From contig OY762007.1 of the NCBI GenBank assembly GCA_963665115.1, forward strand, positions 2,048,001 to 2,112,000: a stretch of DNA of 64,000 bases. Direction: 5' to 3'. The stretch is from an uncultured Rivularia sp. (lineage in GTDB: Bacteria > Cyanobacteriota > Cyanobacteriia > Cyanobacteriales > Nostocaceae). The notes beneath the pieces were generated by a model, which saw only the letters and a list, made by a program, of their open reading frames with translations, made no database searches and had not been told where the DNA came from. Made by a program: the position numbers and the translations under genes. Numbering within the stretch: position 1 is the first letter of the stretch; the number at the start of each line of letters is the position of its first letter. Shown piece by piece: positions 10,449-20,528 of this stretch.

Positions 10449-10901
10449 ATCCGCAGCATTGACTAATTTATAACTTACTTCGTATCCAGCATTCTTAAAA
10501 TGAGCCAAAATATTTCTAAACGCTTCATCGTGTTTTTTCGCTAAAATTCCACCGACATTTTCAGCTAGAAAAAATAAAGGCTTTTTTTGTCTCAGAATTC
10601 TAATATAATCAAAAAATAATTGACCTCTACTATCATCAATACCTCTTTGCACTCCTGCTTTACTCCAACTTTGGCAAGGTGGACCACCTATAATACCAAC
10701 ACAGTCGGGAATATCATCGGGAATTATTTTTCTGATATCTCTTTTGTCTAATTGAGTATTAGGATGATTAAATTCGTAAGTATCCCATATAGATTTATCA
10801 TATTCATTCGCCCAAACAATATTAAATCCAGCTTGGTGAAAGCCTAAATCTAATCCTCCACAACCTGAGAATAGAGAGACAATATTCATATGATTTAAAA
10901 T

Positions 10902-11471
10902 CTAAATAGTTTTTAAAATATCATAAATTCCCTGATAAACTTCTGATAATTCCTCATCAGTAATACAATAAGGCGGCATTAGATAAAGTACATTTCCCAA
11001 AGGACGTAAAAGTAAACCTTTCTCTAAAGATTTTTCTCGAATTTGCAAACCAACTTTATTCAAATACCCGGACTTTTGAGTATTTACAATATCCATCGCG
11101 GCAATTGTACCCGTTACCCGTAACTTTTCAACTTTGGAATTCCCTTGTAATTTTTTCAGATATTTTAAATGTTTGTCTTCCATAGTGCTAAAAACAGGTT
11201 GATTTTCTACCATCAACTCTAAAGAAGCTAAAGCAGCAGCACATCCTAAAGGATTTGCAGTGTAACTATGACCGTGATATAAGGTTTTTATGGGGTCATC
11301 GCTGTAAAAAGTATCGTAAATTTTCTCCGAACATACTGTTACCGATAAAGGCAAAAATCCTCCAGTAATCCCCTTTGATAAACAAGTAATATCCGGTGTA
11401 ACTTGACTTTTAAGGCTAGGAAACCATTCCCCTGTTCTACCAAATCCAGTCATCACTTCATCAAAAATCAA
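10902..11471 (-). pseudogene. bioA: 5'-truncated adenosylmethionine-8-amino-7-oxononanoate aminotransferase (C-terminal 189 aa only)
   Basis: IFDEVMTGFGRTG, SKGITGGFLP, HGHSYTANP and LRPLGNVLYLMPPY motifs. The coding sequence stops abruptly at a hairpin next to the REP element. Confidence 0.85.
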
Positions 11472-11699
11472 CTAGGTGGGTGATTTTTGATAAAACCTGG
11501 CGATTCAATATCTCCTTCGGAGACGCTTCGCTAACGCGGCTACACAGGCAAAACCCACCTGCGTGGGTTCAAAAAGAAAAATATAATGTATGTTATCGAA
11601 TTTTGAATCAATTTTAGTCCGCGCAGGCGGACTTCGTTTGTGTAGCAGCGGTTTCAACCGCCAGATTTTTTAATTACCAATTTCAAAAACATTAATAAC

Positions 11700-12122
11700 A
11701 TGAGATCCAATTTCACCCAACTGTATTTACACGCCGTTTGGGCAACCTGGGATAGATTACCTTTAATCACACCAGATATACAAAAGAATATTTATGGTGC
11801 AATTATTAAACATTGTCAAGAATTGCGATGTACAATCATTGCCATCGGTGGAGTTGAAGATCACATACATCTATTAACAGGTCTTCCCCCCAGCTTATCA
11901 GTATCTAACTTTATTAAAAATATCAAAGGTAGTTCTTCACATCTTGTCACCCATGACATCAAACCAGGTGAATTTTTTAAATGGCAAGGGAGTTACGGAG
12001 CTTTTACGGTTAGTCATGAGGGTATAGATCAAGTTGCCAACTACATCAGAAATCAAGCAATCCACCATCAGCAAAAATCGATAATTCCAACGTGGGAATT
12101 AAATCAATTAAATCACAGTTAA
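11700..12122 (+). CDS. tnpA: IS200/IS605-like Y1 transposase (TnpA, REP-associated)
   Basis: HUH motif EDHIHLL, KGSSS, WQGSY and catalytic YIRNQ. Confidence 0.9.
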   Translation: MRSNFTQLYLHAVWATWDRLPLITPDIQKNIYGAIIKHCQELRCTIIAIGGVEDHIHLLTGLPPSLSVSNFIKNIKGSSSHLVTHDIKPGEFFKWQGSYGAFTVSHEGIDQVANYIRNQAIHHQQKSIIPTWELNQLNHS

Positions 12123-12401
12123 TTTTATCTAAACCCACGCAGGTGGGTTTCGCTTTGTGTAGCTGCGGTTTAAACCGCCAGATTTTACAAATACCAATAA
12201 TTCCAACGTGGGAATTAAATCACAGTTAATTTTATCTAAACCCACGCAGGTGGGTTTCGCTTTATGTAGCTGCGGTTTAAACCGCCAGGTTTTACAAATA
12301 CCAATAATTCCAACGTGGGAGTTAAATCACAGCTAATTTTATCTAAACACACGCAGATGGATTTCGCTTTATGTAGCCACGATTTCCAATCGCCAGGTTT
12401 T
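12081..12401 (+). repeat. Three tandem ~107-bp units (tnpA 3' end plus REP)
   Basis: REP starts recur at 12131, 12238 and 12345. Each unit repeats ataattccaacgtgggaattaaatcacagttaa from the transposase 3' end. Confidence 0.9.
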
Positions 12402-12642
12402 GTTTTATTGTCACTATAGAAGACAATAATATACGCATCCGTAAACTACCAATAAAATAAATAATCAAAAAATTAACCAAAAAACAATCCCTAACTAACC
12501 ATCAATTAACTTTTTCTTAAATTTGTGCTATAATAGTATTCTTGTCTGTAATCAAGAATTATAAAGTATAATCCCCCTCGACCTAAAGGAAGAAGGGGTT
12601 TGTTGTGACGCACGCCGTTAGATAAATAGAGATAGGGAAAAA

Positions 12643-14391
12643 TTAGGCAGGAAAAATTCTTAGCCTCCGATTTGGTTCTTCCCCAAAACTGTTTGATTTA
12701 AGTCGATAATGTTCGACTAGTTCATGCTGCATTTTACGCACTTGCGAAGAACGCGGTAGTAATTCTACTGGCTGTCCCTTGGGAATTACTATTTGTTCAA
12801 CCGCAAGTCTAGCTTCTTCTAAAGCGTCAATTTCATCATCGCTGCCGTTGTGGAGAAATAATTGTAATTCACGCTCGTCAGCAACTTCTGGTTCGTCAAT
12901 ATTTAACAAGCGACGTAAGCCACGGGTTATTTGTGGAATGGTGCTGGACTTAATCATGTGAATTGGGACTTGACGAGCTTTCGCCATTTGTCGCAATTTC
13001 GCATGGTTTTTGACGTGCGACCGCAATGCTAAAATTGCATCCGCACTATCAATATCTTTTGTCAATACCACCGGCAAATGAAGTACCCCAACTACCTGGT
13101 CTAACTGACTGCGACTAACGCCGTAGGGGTAAATATGTAAAGGTAAATCTTCGCCATTTGGCCCGGAGTCCTTGTGTCCATTGCTCTCAAAACCATTATA
13201 GCTATTGAAAGATTGATCTAATAAGCGGTCAAATTCACTACGTCCGGAACCATTTCCATTTTGGTATTCCGCATTTAATGGCACCAAAGGACGCATTTGC
13301 CCAGATGCTCTCCAACCGTTGGTTCTATTAGCGCTTCGCCCGCGAAAAGTTTCTCCTCCTCGATCGGTTTGTGAGGCTCCACCGTTAATAGCAGTTAGTT
13401 GACGGGCGATCGCTACCTTACCGCCATCATCTATGGTTCTCACTTGCGGGCTTGGCTGTCTTCCTCTCAAAAGATTATCTATAGTATCAGCAACGCTTTC
13501 ATGAACTACCCAACGCTGCCTTTCTTGCATTTCCACTGCAATTTCAAAGGTAGGAGGCGCTTTGCGTTCCAAAACTGTTTTCTGAGAGCCTCGCCTTCTA
13601 GCTTCATCATCCCCCAGGGTTACAGCCTGTATACCCCCTACTAAGTCAGACAAAGTGGGGTTTTTTATCAAATTTTCAATCTGGTTGCCGTGTGCCGTAC
13701 CTATTAATTGCACGCCACGTTCGGCAATAGTACGAGATGCTAATGCTTCTAACTCCGTACCAATTTCATCAATTACGATTACTTCGGGCATATGGTTTTC
13801 CACTGCCTCAATCATTACTTGATGCTGTTCGGAAGGATGAGAAACCTGCATCCGTCTGGCTCTACCAATAGCCGGATGAGGAACATCACCATCTCCAGCA
13901 ATTTCATTGGAAGTGTCAATGATCACCACTCTTTTATCAAGTTCATCCGCTAAAACACGGGCTATTTCTCTTAAAACAGTAGTCTTTCCCACACCTGGAC
14001 GACCCAGCATGAGAATTGATTGACCATTTTCTACTAAATCGCGGATCATGCTAATCGTTCCATATACCGCGCGTCCAACACGACAGGTTAAACCTATAAT
14101 CTTGCCGGTGCGATTGCGAATAGCACTAATCCGATGTAAAGTTTGCTCTATTCCTGCTCGATTATCTCCGCCGAAAGTGCCCACTCGCACAATGCAATCA
14201 TCTATCTGTTGCTGAGTAATGGGTATTTCGCTTAGATATTCGGCTCCATCCGGGAATCTTGCTTCTGGGCGACGACCCAGATCCAAAACCACTTCTACTA
14301 AACTATCTCTTTGAGGATGCTCTTCGAGCATCGAGCGCAAATCTTGAGGCAATATGGCTAATAATTTTCGGAGATCGTCTGTAATCGTCAT
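12643..14391 (-). CDS. Ycf45-like AAA ATPase (SpoIIIAA-like) with C-terminal R3H domain
   Basis: GRPGVGKTT Walker A, IDTSNEIAGDG, RKMQH R3H motif. Likely start is MTITDDL at 14391. Confidence 0.9.
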   Translation of the reverse strand: MTITDDLRKLLAILPQDLRSMLEEHPQRDSLVEVVLDLGRRPEARFPDGAEYLSEIPITQQQIDDCIVRVGTFGGDNRAGIEQTLHRISAIRNRTGKIIGLTCRVGRAVYGTISMIRDLVENGQSILMLGRPGVGKTTVLREIARVLADELDKRVVIIDTSNEIAGDGDVPHPAIGRARRMQVSHPSEQHQVMIEAVENHMPEVIVIDEIGTELEALASRTIAERGVQLIGTAHGNQIENLIKNPTLSDLVGGIQAVTLGDDEARRRGSQKTVLERKAPPTFEIAVEMQERQRWVVHESVADTIDNLLRGRQPSPQVRTIDDGGKVAIARQLTAINGGASQTDRGGETFRGRSANRTNGWRASGQMRPLVPLNAEYQNGNGSGRSEFDRLLDQSFNSYNGFESNGHKDSGPNGEDLPLHIYPYGVSRSQLDQVVGVLHLPVVLTKDIDSADAILALRSHVKNHAKLRQMAKARQVPIHMIKSSTIPQITRGLRRLLNIDEPEVADERELQLFLHNGSDDEIDALEEARLAVEQIVIPKGQPVELLPRSSQVRKMQHELVEHYRLKSNSFGEEPNRRLRIFPA

Positions 14392-14450
14392 GCTTTTTAT
14401 GGTGACGTTTTTAGAGATAGGGACGACGAGCCAAAGCTCATCCGTCGCAC

Positions 14451-15603
14451 TTATTCTTTGAGCTGGGAAACTAATTCGTGTGCAAGCGATACGGCTTGCC
14501 AAAGCAGTGTGGGTTCTTCTTCAAGCTTTCGAGAAGTTACTTTGATATGCTCAACATTCACCTCCTTTTCTTCTAATTTTTCCAAAACTGGTGAAAGCAG
14601 TTTTCGGGCATAGCTACCATAAGCCACTCCAGCAATGGATGCTTCAGTTCTCGAACCTGATGTACGAGAGATAACATTATTCTCTCTCATATTCCCACTT
14701 CTGTGGTTCGTTAATTCCTTTAATAATCTCATTGCCTTTAATTTTGGCACGGTGTAACTATTAGTACCACCTGCTAACTGCACATATCCTGGTATATTTG
14801 CTTTCAATACTTTGGAACCTAACTTTACAGCAGCTAATGTAGTGCCCGAGCCAATATCACCGCTCATAGACCTACCGTCGGTTTGCCATATATTTACGCA
14901 GTTAAGCGGGGCGATCGCATCATACAAACTATGCAGATAGTCAATCATCCCTTCACCATCAGGACAACTAATGGCTAATAACTTCAAATGCTCAACATGG
15001 CTTGAAATTGTCTGCCACAATTTCTTAAATTCCGCCAAACGCCCGACAGTTGTATGAATTTCTACGGCATCTACTCCAGATTTCAGTATCAAGGGTGCGA
15101 TTGCTCCATTAGCTGTTGCATAAGATACCGTTTCTATTCTATCATACGGGCATACTGGAGCGCAACGACCGCAGCCATAGCACTTATCGGACAGAACGCC
15201 AGTAAAGTTATATTTGATACTATCAAACGTAATGGCTTGTGCGGGACAAATGCGTTCGCATGGTCGGGAACACTCAGTTGGGCATTTAGTAGAATCAAAT
15301 TCTGCTTTGCGGAAGTGAGGATCTTCGCCATCATTTAAGCTAACCATTAATAAAGGTCTTCCTTGATAGGCAAAGCCTCGTTTTTGGGGCCGCAGCACCC
15401 AAAGTCGCAGCAGCTTCTAACCCTTCTTGAGCGGCAACAATCACAGCTGGATCGGCAGCTACATCTATGCAGTCAGCCCCAGCTAATGCATAAGCTAATG
15501 CTAAACTTCTAACCGCAGGCAGATGTTGGAAGCTGGCTCCACAAATCAATTTGAACCAGCAGCCTTTTTTCAGCGATAGTAGGGGGTTAAATAGATCGGT
15601 CAC
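14451..15603 (-). CDS. ldpA: Circadian input Fe-S protein LdpA (single +1 frameshift near 15386-15389)
   Basis: WFKLICGASFQHLP, DGEDPHFRKA, two 4Fe-4S Cys motifs, WQTDGRSMSGDIG. Removing one base joins the two ORFs. Confidence 0.9.
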
Positions 15604-15675
15604 ACTTCTATTATGCTACGTGACAGAAGAAATAGATGATATAAATCCTCAATTTAATTGCAATCGGAGAAGATT

Positions 15676-17010
15676 TCACCGCGTTTTTTCTTTAGAAGTA
15701 TTTAAATACCTTGCTGTCTGGGTTGGAATTTCAATAATAAATTCTGTTCCATTTCCAGGAGTCGAATTATAATTCATTGTTCCCAAATGCCTCTTTACTA
15801 TAATTTGGTAGCAAATATATAATCCCAACCCACTGCCTTTTCCTACAGGCTTTGTGGTGAAGAAGGGATCGAAAATGAAAGAGCGAAGTTTCTCGGGTAT
15901 TCCCATCCCGTTATCTGCGATAGAGATTCTTACTCCACCATCATTGTTAATTGCACAAGTACCGATGGAAATAGTATGAGCAGTCGTAAAACCCTCTACC
16001 TTTTTTGCTTGGAATTTTTCTGCTTGCGAATCTATAGCATCAACGGCATTACTTAACAAATGCATAAAGACTTGATTTAATTCGCCTGGATAACAGGGAA
16101 TGGGTGGTAAATCGTCATACTTTTTGATTATCTTAATAGCATCGCGATAACTCGTTTTTCTAAATCGATGCTGCAATATTAGCAAAGTACTTTCTATCCC
16201 TTGATGAATATTAACTCGCTTATAGGAGGCTTCGTCATGTCTAGAAAAGTTTTGCAAAGCTAGTACAATTGAACGTATGCGGTCTGCTCCTCTGTGCATT
16301 GCACCCATTAGCGATTGCGAATCATTCATCAAGAAATCTAAGTCTATCTCTTTTTCTACTTTCTGAATTCTTTCAGTGGGGTTAGGATATTCCTGCTGAT
16401 ACGCTTCAACTAAATTAACTAAATCTTGTACATATTCGCGAATATATTCCAGATTCCCGTAGATGAAGCTAACTGGATTATTTACTTCATGAGCAACACC
16501 TGCTACCAAATGTCCTAAAGCAACCATTTTTTCATTTTGGATTTGCTGTGCTTGGGTTGCTTTTAAATCTTCTAAAGTTTTTTGTAAATAAATATTTTTT
16601 TGATGAAGTTTGACTTGTAAAGAACGTAAATTAATTTGATTTTCTATTCTTGATATTATTTCTGCTGTGTAAAAAGGTTTGGTTATGTAATCTGAACCTC
16701 CTACATCAAAAGCTTTGACTTTATCTAACACGTCATCTAGAGCGCTGATAAATATTACGGGAACTCCGCTAGTTGTTCGATCGGCTTTTAATTTTTGACA
16801 AACTTCATAGCCATTCATTTCTGGCATATTTATATCGAGCAAAATTAAATCTGGCAGAATAATTTGACAAGCATTTAATGCCATCTTACCGTTTAGAGCT
16901 TTACGAACTTCGTAACCTTGTGTTGTTAACATTGCCGACAAAAGACGCAAATTATCTGGAGTATCATCGACTACTAGAATATTGGATTTATCATTGATAT
17001 GAAAATGCAT
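15676..17010 (-). CDS. Hybrid histidine kinase (REC plus HisKA/HATPase)
   Basis: VVDD/LLDINMP receiver, AHEVNNP H-box, DPFFTTKPVGKGSGLGL. Confidence 0.93.
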   Translation of the reverse strand: MHFHINDKSNILVVDDTPDNLRLLSAMLTTQGYEVRKALNGKMALNACQIILPDLILLDINMPEMNGYEVCQKLKADRTTSGVPVIFISALDDVLDKVKAFDVGGSDYITKPFYTAEIISRIENQINLRSLQVKLHQKNIYLQKTLEDLKATQAQQIQNEKMVALGHLVAGVAHEVNNPVSFIYGNLEYIREYVQDLVNLVEAYQQEYPNPTERIQKVEKEIDLDFLMNDSQSLMGAMHRGADRIRSIVLALQNFSRHDEASYKRVNIHQGIESTLLILQHRFRKTSYRDAIKIIKKYDDLPPIPCYPGELNQVFMHLLSNAVDAIDSQAEKFQAKKVEGFTTAHTISIGTCAINNDGGVRISIADNGMGIPEKLRSFIFDPFFTTKPVGKGSGLGLYICYQIIVKRHLGTMNYNSTPGNGTEFIIEIPTQTARYLNTSKEKTR

Positions 17011-17632
17011 TTGCTACCTAAAAATACGCTTTTATTTTTTTTGAAAAAATATTTTGATAAACGAATAATTAAATACATTACCTATTTTCGTTTTTATATT
17101 CGATAAAATCAAATTTTGTGAAACTATAATTATGTTAATAATTGTTTTCGTCTAATCATGAACAACTATTTGATCAATTATTTTGTGCTAAAAAATAGTT
17201 GAAAAAACAACTGTTATTCACTATACAAAAAATATGATTTTAAATTTAGGATTAATACTCTTTATTCATGTTATCTATATATCACTATTAAGAGTTTATG
17301 AGTCCGGACATTATTTTTTTTGACTGTTGAGTAAGCAAAACAAGTAAACTATAGCTGAAAATTATTAATTTTATAACAATATTAATAACTCTTAAATCTG
17401 ATTGTTAATCTTTGAACACAGTATAATCCATAGTAGCTATGCTGATAAAACTAACCTTAATACTAGATTTTACTCTAAGTCATGGTTAAAACTCCATGAA
17501 CCTATACAACTAGCATAATAGGATTAAGTAATATTTTCTAGAATAAATAGTTATTGCTATTTGCCTTATTTTTTTAAGTATATTAGGTCGCAAACTTATT
17601 TGTCATCGTTTGTACTTTGTCTACCCATTTAT

Positions 17633-19489
17633 TCACCACTGAGGTGCTGCCAACATCAAGTCAAGTATTCGCTGTGGCTCCATTGGTTCAGAAAACAAAT
17701 TTCCCTGAGCAAAATTACACTTTAAATCTCTAATTTGCGATAATTGTTCGGAAGTTTCAACACCTTCAGCAATTGCTTTCATTCCCATAGAATGAGCTAT
17801 ACCAATCATGGCTGGAACCAAACCCATATTTTCATGATTGTTCTGCATTAGATTTAAAAACGACTTATCTATTTTAAGAGTACTCAAAGGGAAATTATGT
17901 AAATAGCTTAAAGAAGAATAACCAGTACCAAAATCATCCATAGTCAACTTAATATTTCTCTGTTTAAGTTCTTGAAGAGTTGCTTTTACATCCACACTAT
18001 TTTCCATAATTACACTTTCTGTAATTTCTAATTCTAAAAAAGCAGGATTAACTTTCGTTTCGTGAATAATTTGGTCAATTTGAGCGAGTAAATTCGGTTG
18101 TAAAAACAATTTTGCACTCAAGTTGACACTGATATACAAAGGTTTTGGAACTGCCGGATGATTTTGCCAAATACATAGTTGATTGCAGGCTGTTTTTAAT
18201 ACCCAAGTATCGATAGCATGAATTAAACCTGTTTCTTCTGCCACAGGTATAAACTCGGTTGGTAAAATTAAACCTTTCCCAGGATGTTGCCAGCGGACAA
18301 GTGCTTCAAATCCAATGATTGAACCTGTTTTTAAAGAAATAATAGGCTGATAGTAAACAACTAATTCTTGCTTTTTTACCGCTCTTCTTAGGTCATTTTC
18401 TAACTCTAAAATTTGGATAGCTTCCCGATGCATCTCGGGATCGAAAACATGGAATCTTCCCCTGCCTAATGCTTTTGCACGATACATGGCTGTATCGGCA
18501 TCTCGGAGTAAATATTCCGGTTTTTCATAACTAATATTGCCCCAGTTTATGCCTATACTTACATTAACAAATACTTGGTATCTAGATACATTAAAATGTT
18601 GACTTAAAGAGTTGAGAATACTTTCGGCAATGGAAGTTACCATCTCGATATCCGAAACGTTTTCTAAAATAATACCGAACTCATCCCCGCCCAATCGTGC
18701 TAAAGTGTCAAATGGCGATAAAGAAGTTTGCAAGCGCTCGGCTATCGCAATCAGTAATCTATCTCCGACTAAATGCCCTAATGAATCATTAATAATTTTG
18801 AAGCGATCGCAGTCTAGAAAAAGTACGGCAAAGTTATGCTCGGATTCTAACTTAGCGCGATTTAATGCTTGTTCTAATCGATTTATAAAAGATACTCTAT
18901 TAGGTAAGTTAGTTAAAGCATCGCGCAAAGCACTTTCAAGTAGCTTATTTTGCAATTCCTGCCGAGAATTAATTTCTATTTTAAGTTTTAGTAAGGTGTT
19001 TTCAAGTTCTAGGGTACGCTGTTTAACTCTTTCTTCAAGCCTATCGTTAAGTTCTAATATTTCTAACTGAGCGCTTCTTAATTCAAGTTGATTTTGCACT
19101 CTTACTATAACTTCTGCAAATTCAAATGGTTTAGTAATATAATCTACTCCTCCTACCTTAAAGGCTTTCACTTTATCGAAAATATCGTCTAATGCGCTGA
19201 TAAAAATAATTGGTATATCGGCAGTTACTCGATCGTCTTTAAAACGCTGGCAAACCTCATATCCGTCTACCTCCGGCATCATAATATCTAGTAAAATTAA
19301 ATCTGGCAATTGAGTTTGACAAGCAGTACAAGCCATCTGCCAGTTTAATGCTTTACGAACTTTATACCCGACTCTAACTAGAATTGAGGATAAAATTCGT
19401 AGATTATCTGCTGTATCATCAATAATTAAAATATCTTGATTACTATTGTCTGACGAGCCATTCCCTGTATTTTTTGGAGTCAATTCCAT
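17633..19489 (-). CDS. REC-GGDEF-EAL c-di-GMP signalling protein
   Basis: Receiver domain, RLGGDEF, GFEALVRW and DDFGTGYSSL motifs. Confidence 0.94.
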   Translation of the reverse strand: MELTPKNTGNGSSDNSNQDILIIDDTADNLRILSSILVRVGYKVRKALNWQMACTACQTQLPDLILLDIMMPEVDGYEVCQRFKDDRVTADIPIIFISALDDIFDKVKAFKVGGVDYITKPFEFAEVIVRVQNQLELRSAQLEILELNDRLEERVKQRTLELENTLLKLKIEINSRQELQNKLLESALRDALTNLPNRVSFINRLEQALNRAKLESEHNFAVLFLDCDRFKIINDSLGHLVGDRLLIAIAERLQTSLSPFDTLARLGGDEFGIILENVSDIEMVTSIAESILNSLSQHFNVSRYQVFVNVSIGINWGNISYEKPEYLLRDADTAMYRAKALGRGRFHVFDPEMHREAIQILELENDLRRAVKKQELVVYYQPIISLKTGSIIGFEALVRWQHPGKGLILPTEFIPVAEETGLIHAIDTWVLKTACNQLCIWQNHPAVPKPLYISVNLSAKLFLQPNLLAQIDQIIHETKVNPAFLELEITESVIMENSVDVKATLQELKQRNIKLTMDDFGTGYSSLSYLHNFPLSTLKIDKSFLNLMQNNHENMGLVPAMIGIAHSMGMKAIAEGVETSEQLSQIRDLKCNFAQGNLFSEPMEPQRILDLMLAAPQW

Positions 19490-19944
19490 AATTTATTCAA
19501 GCTATAATTAAAAGCTAAATCCCTGATTTATAATCATCATTAACTTGTTATCGTTTTAAAGCTCATATCTTTAATTAATAAAGCCATATTCTTAATTGTT
19601 ATAACTTTAAAGGATACTGTCTCTATTACATTATTATCAATGGGAATTGGAATAAAAGTAGCTAACACATTGTTGCTAATAACCTATTAGAAGCTCTCAA
19701 AGCAATTATTCCTTTCCCGGCTCTGCGATTGCCAAGAAAAAAACCGCTGAGACGCAGCGTTAGCAAAGCGTGTCCGATACATAAAGTGCGATCTTTTAGG
19801 TTTTCTAAATGCGATCTGGAGGCAATCTCTTCGAGAACAACTTTTAAAGCTAGAGGAGAGAGATAGGTATTCTTAGAGCAGCATAGGAGTAATATAAGCA
19901 TTTTGCTTTTTAGTATACTTAGGCACAATAATTACATCTGTATA

Positions 19945-19988
19945 ATTTTATCCAGATTCATCATATCTCTAATGTATTTTAAACTACA
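19945..19988 (-). promoter_or_regulatory. NtcA class II-like promoter facing the REC-GGDEF-EAL gene
   Basis: tGTATTTTAAACTACa at 19973-19988; minus-strand TAAAAT 23 nt downstream of the box. Confidence 0.45.
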
Positions 19989-20150
19989 AATAACGTTAGA
20001 ATAAAATTGTCTTTGTGACTTAAAATATGTTTATGGTCTTAGCTAACAAACAATAATTTTATTTTTTTAATTTTATACCTACACGTATCAATTTATTTTG
20101 ATGCAGTCAAAAAGGACAATCTGATAGCCGCAATTAGTAAAGTGATTAGC

Positions 20151-20272
20151 TAAGTACCCGTGCAAAATTAATTGAATATTTTGTTTGAATAGGGAATAGC
20201 TTTGGGGGGGGAACAGGGAACGGTTATATCACTGAGTAGTAATGATATAAATGATGCGGGCTTAACTACTTA
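20151..20272. mobile_element. Second MITE related to the 5642 element
   Basis: Left end taagtacccgtgcaaaattaatt nearly identical to the 5642 end; right end ...aactactta; TA at both ends; different interior. Confidence 0.6.
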
Positions 20273-20528
20273 TTTACGGTAATTTTGTCTATTCACACAA
20301 ACATCTGGCACTGTTTTCTACGAACAAAAATAAACCCGGTTTATTGTCAAGGTATAAGATAACTCTATTTGAACAATTATTTGCAAGACTTTTACTATTT
20401 GCAATTTATTTATTCCACTCGCTTGCTAAATACGAAAAATAAATCATTATTTATTTACAAAAAATTAGCTGTCCTTCATGCAAAAAAATTGCGTAAAAAA
20501 AGACAGCAATACATATTTATATAGTTAT

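Larger units (their letters stand above)
8669..10889 (-). pseudogene. C5-cytosine DNA methyltransferase (M.HaeIII-like) interrupted by IS630
   Basis: Motifs LFSGCGG, GGPPCQ and ENV in 10446..10889; TRD HEY..YMSRNRVRSWNEPSFTIQA and GNAVP in 8669..9274. Removing the IS joins NAAD|YQVPQDRKR (motif VIII) in frame. Confidence 0.92.
11492..12401. mobile_element. REP-flanked Y1/HUH transposase element (REPtron-like) with five REP copies
   Basis: Outer 14-bp inverted repeat aaaacctggcgatt/aatcgccaggtttt. Double-hairpin REP (cccacgcaggtggg...GTAG..gcggtttaaaccgc) inverted at 11492-11569 and direct at 11616, 12131, 12238 and 12345. Confidence 0.8.

Noticed and set aside
12081..12401. CRISPR array
   Set aside because: The segments between palindromes are near-identical copies rather than unique spacers, the period is 107 bp, and no cas genes are present
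17423..17526. Structured ncRNA between the kinase and GGDEF-EAL genes
   Set aside because: Only short imperfect complementarity in AT-rich DNA; no recognisable family
19662..19928. 88-aa ORF
   Set aside because: Runs across dispersed repeats in a probable 5' leader; no protein motif
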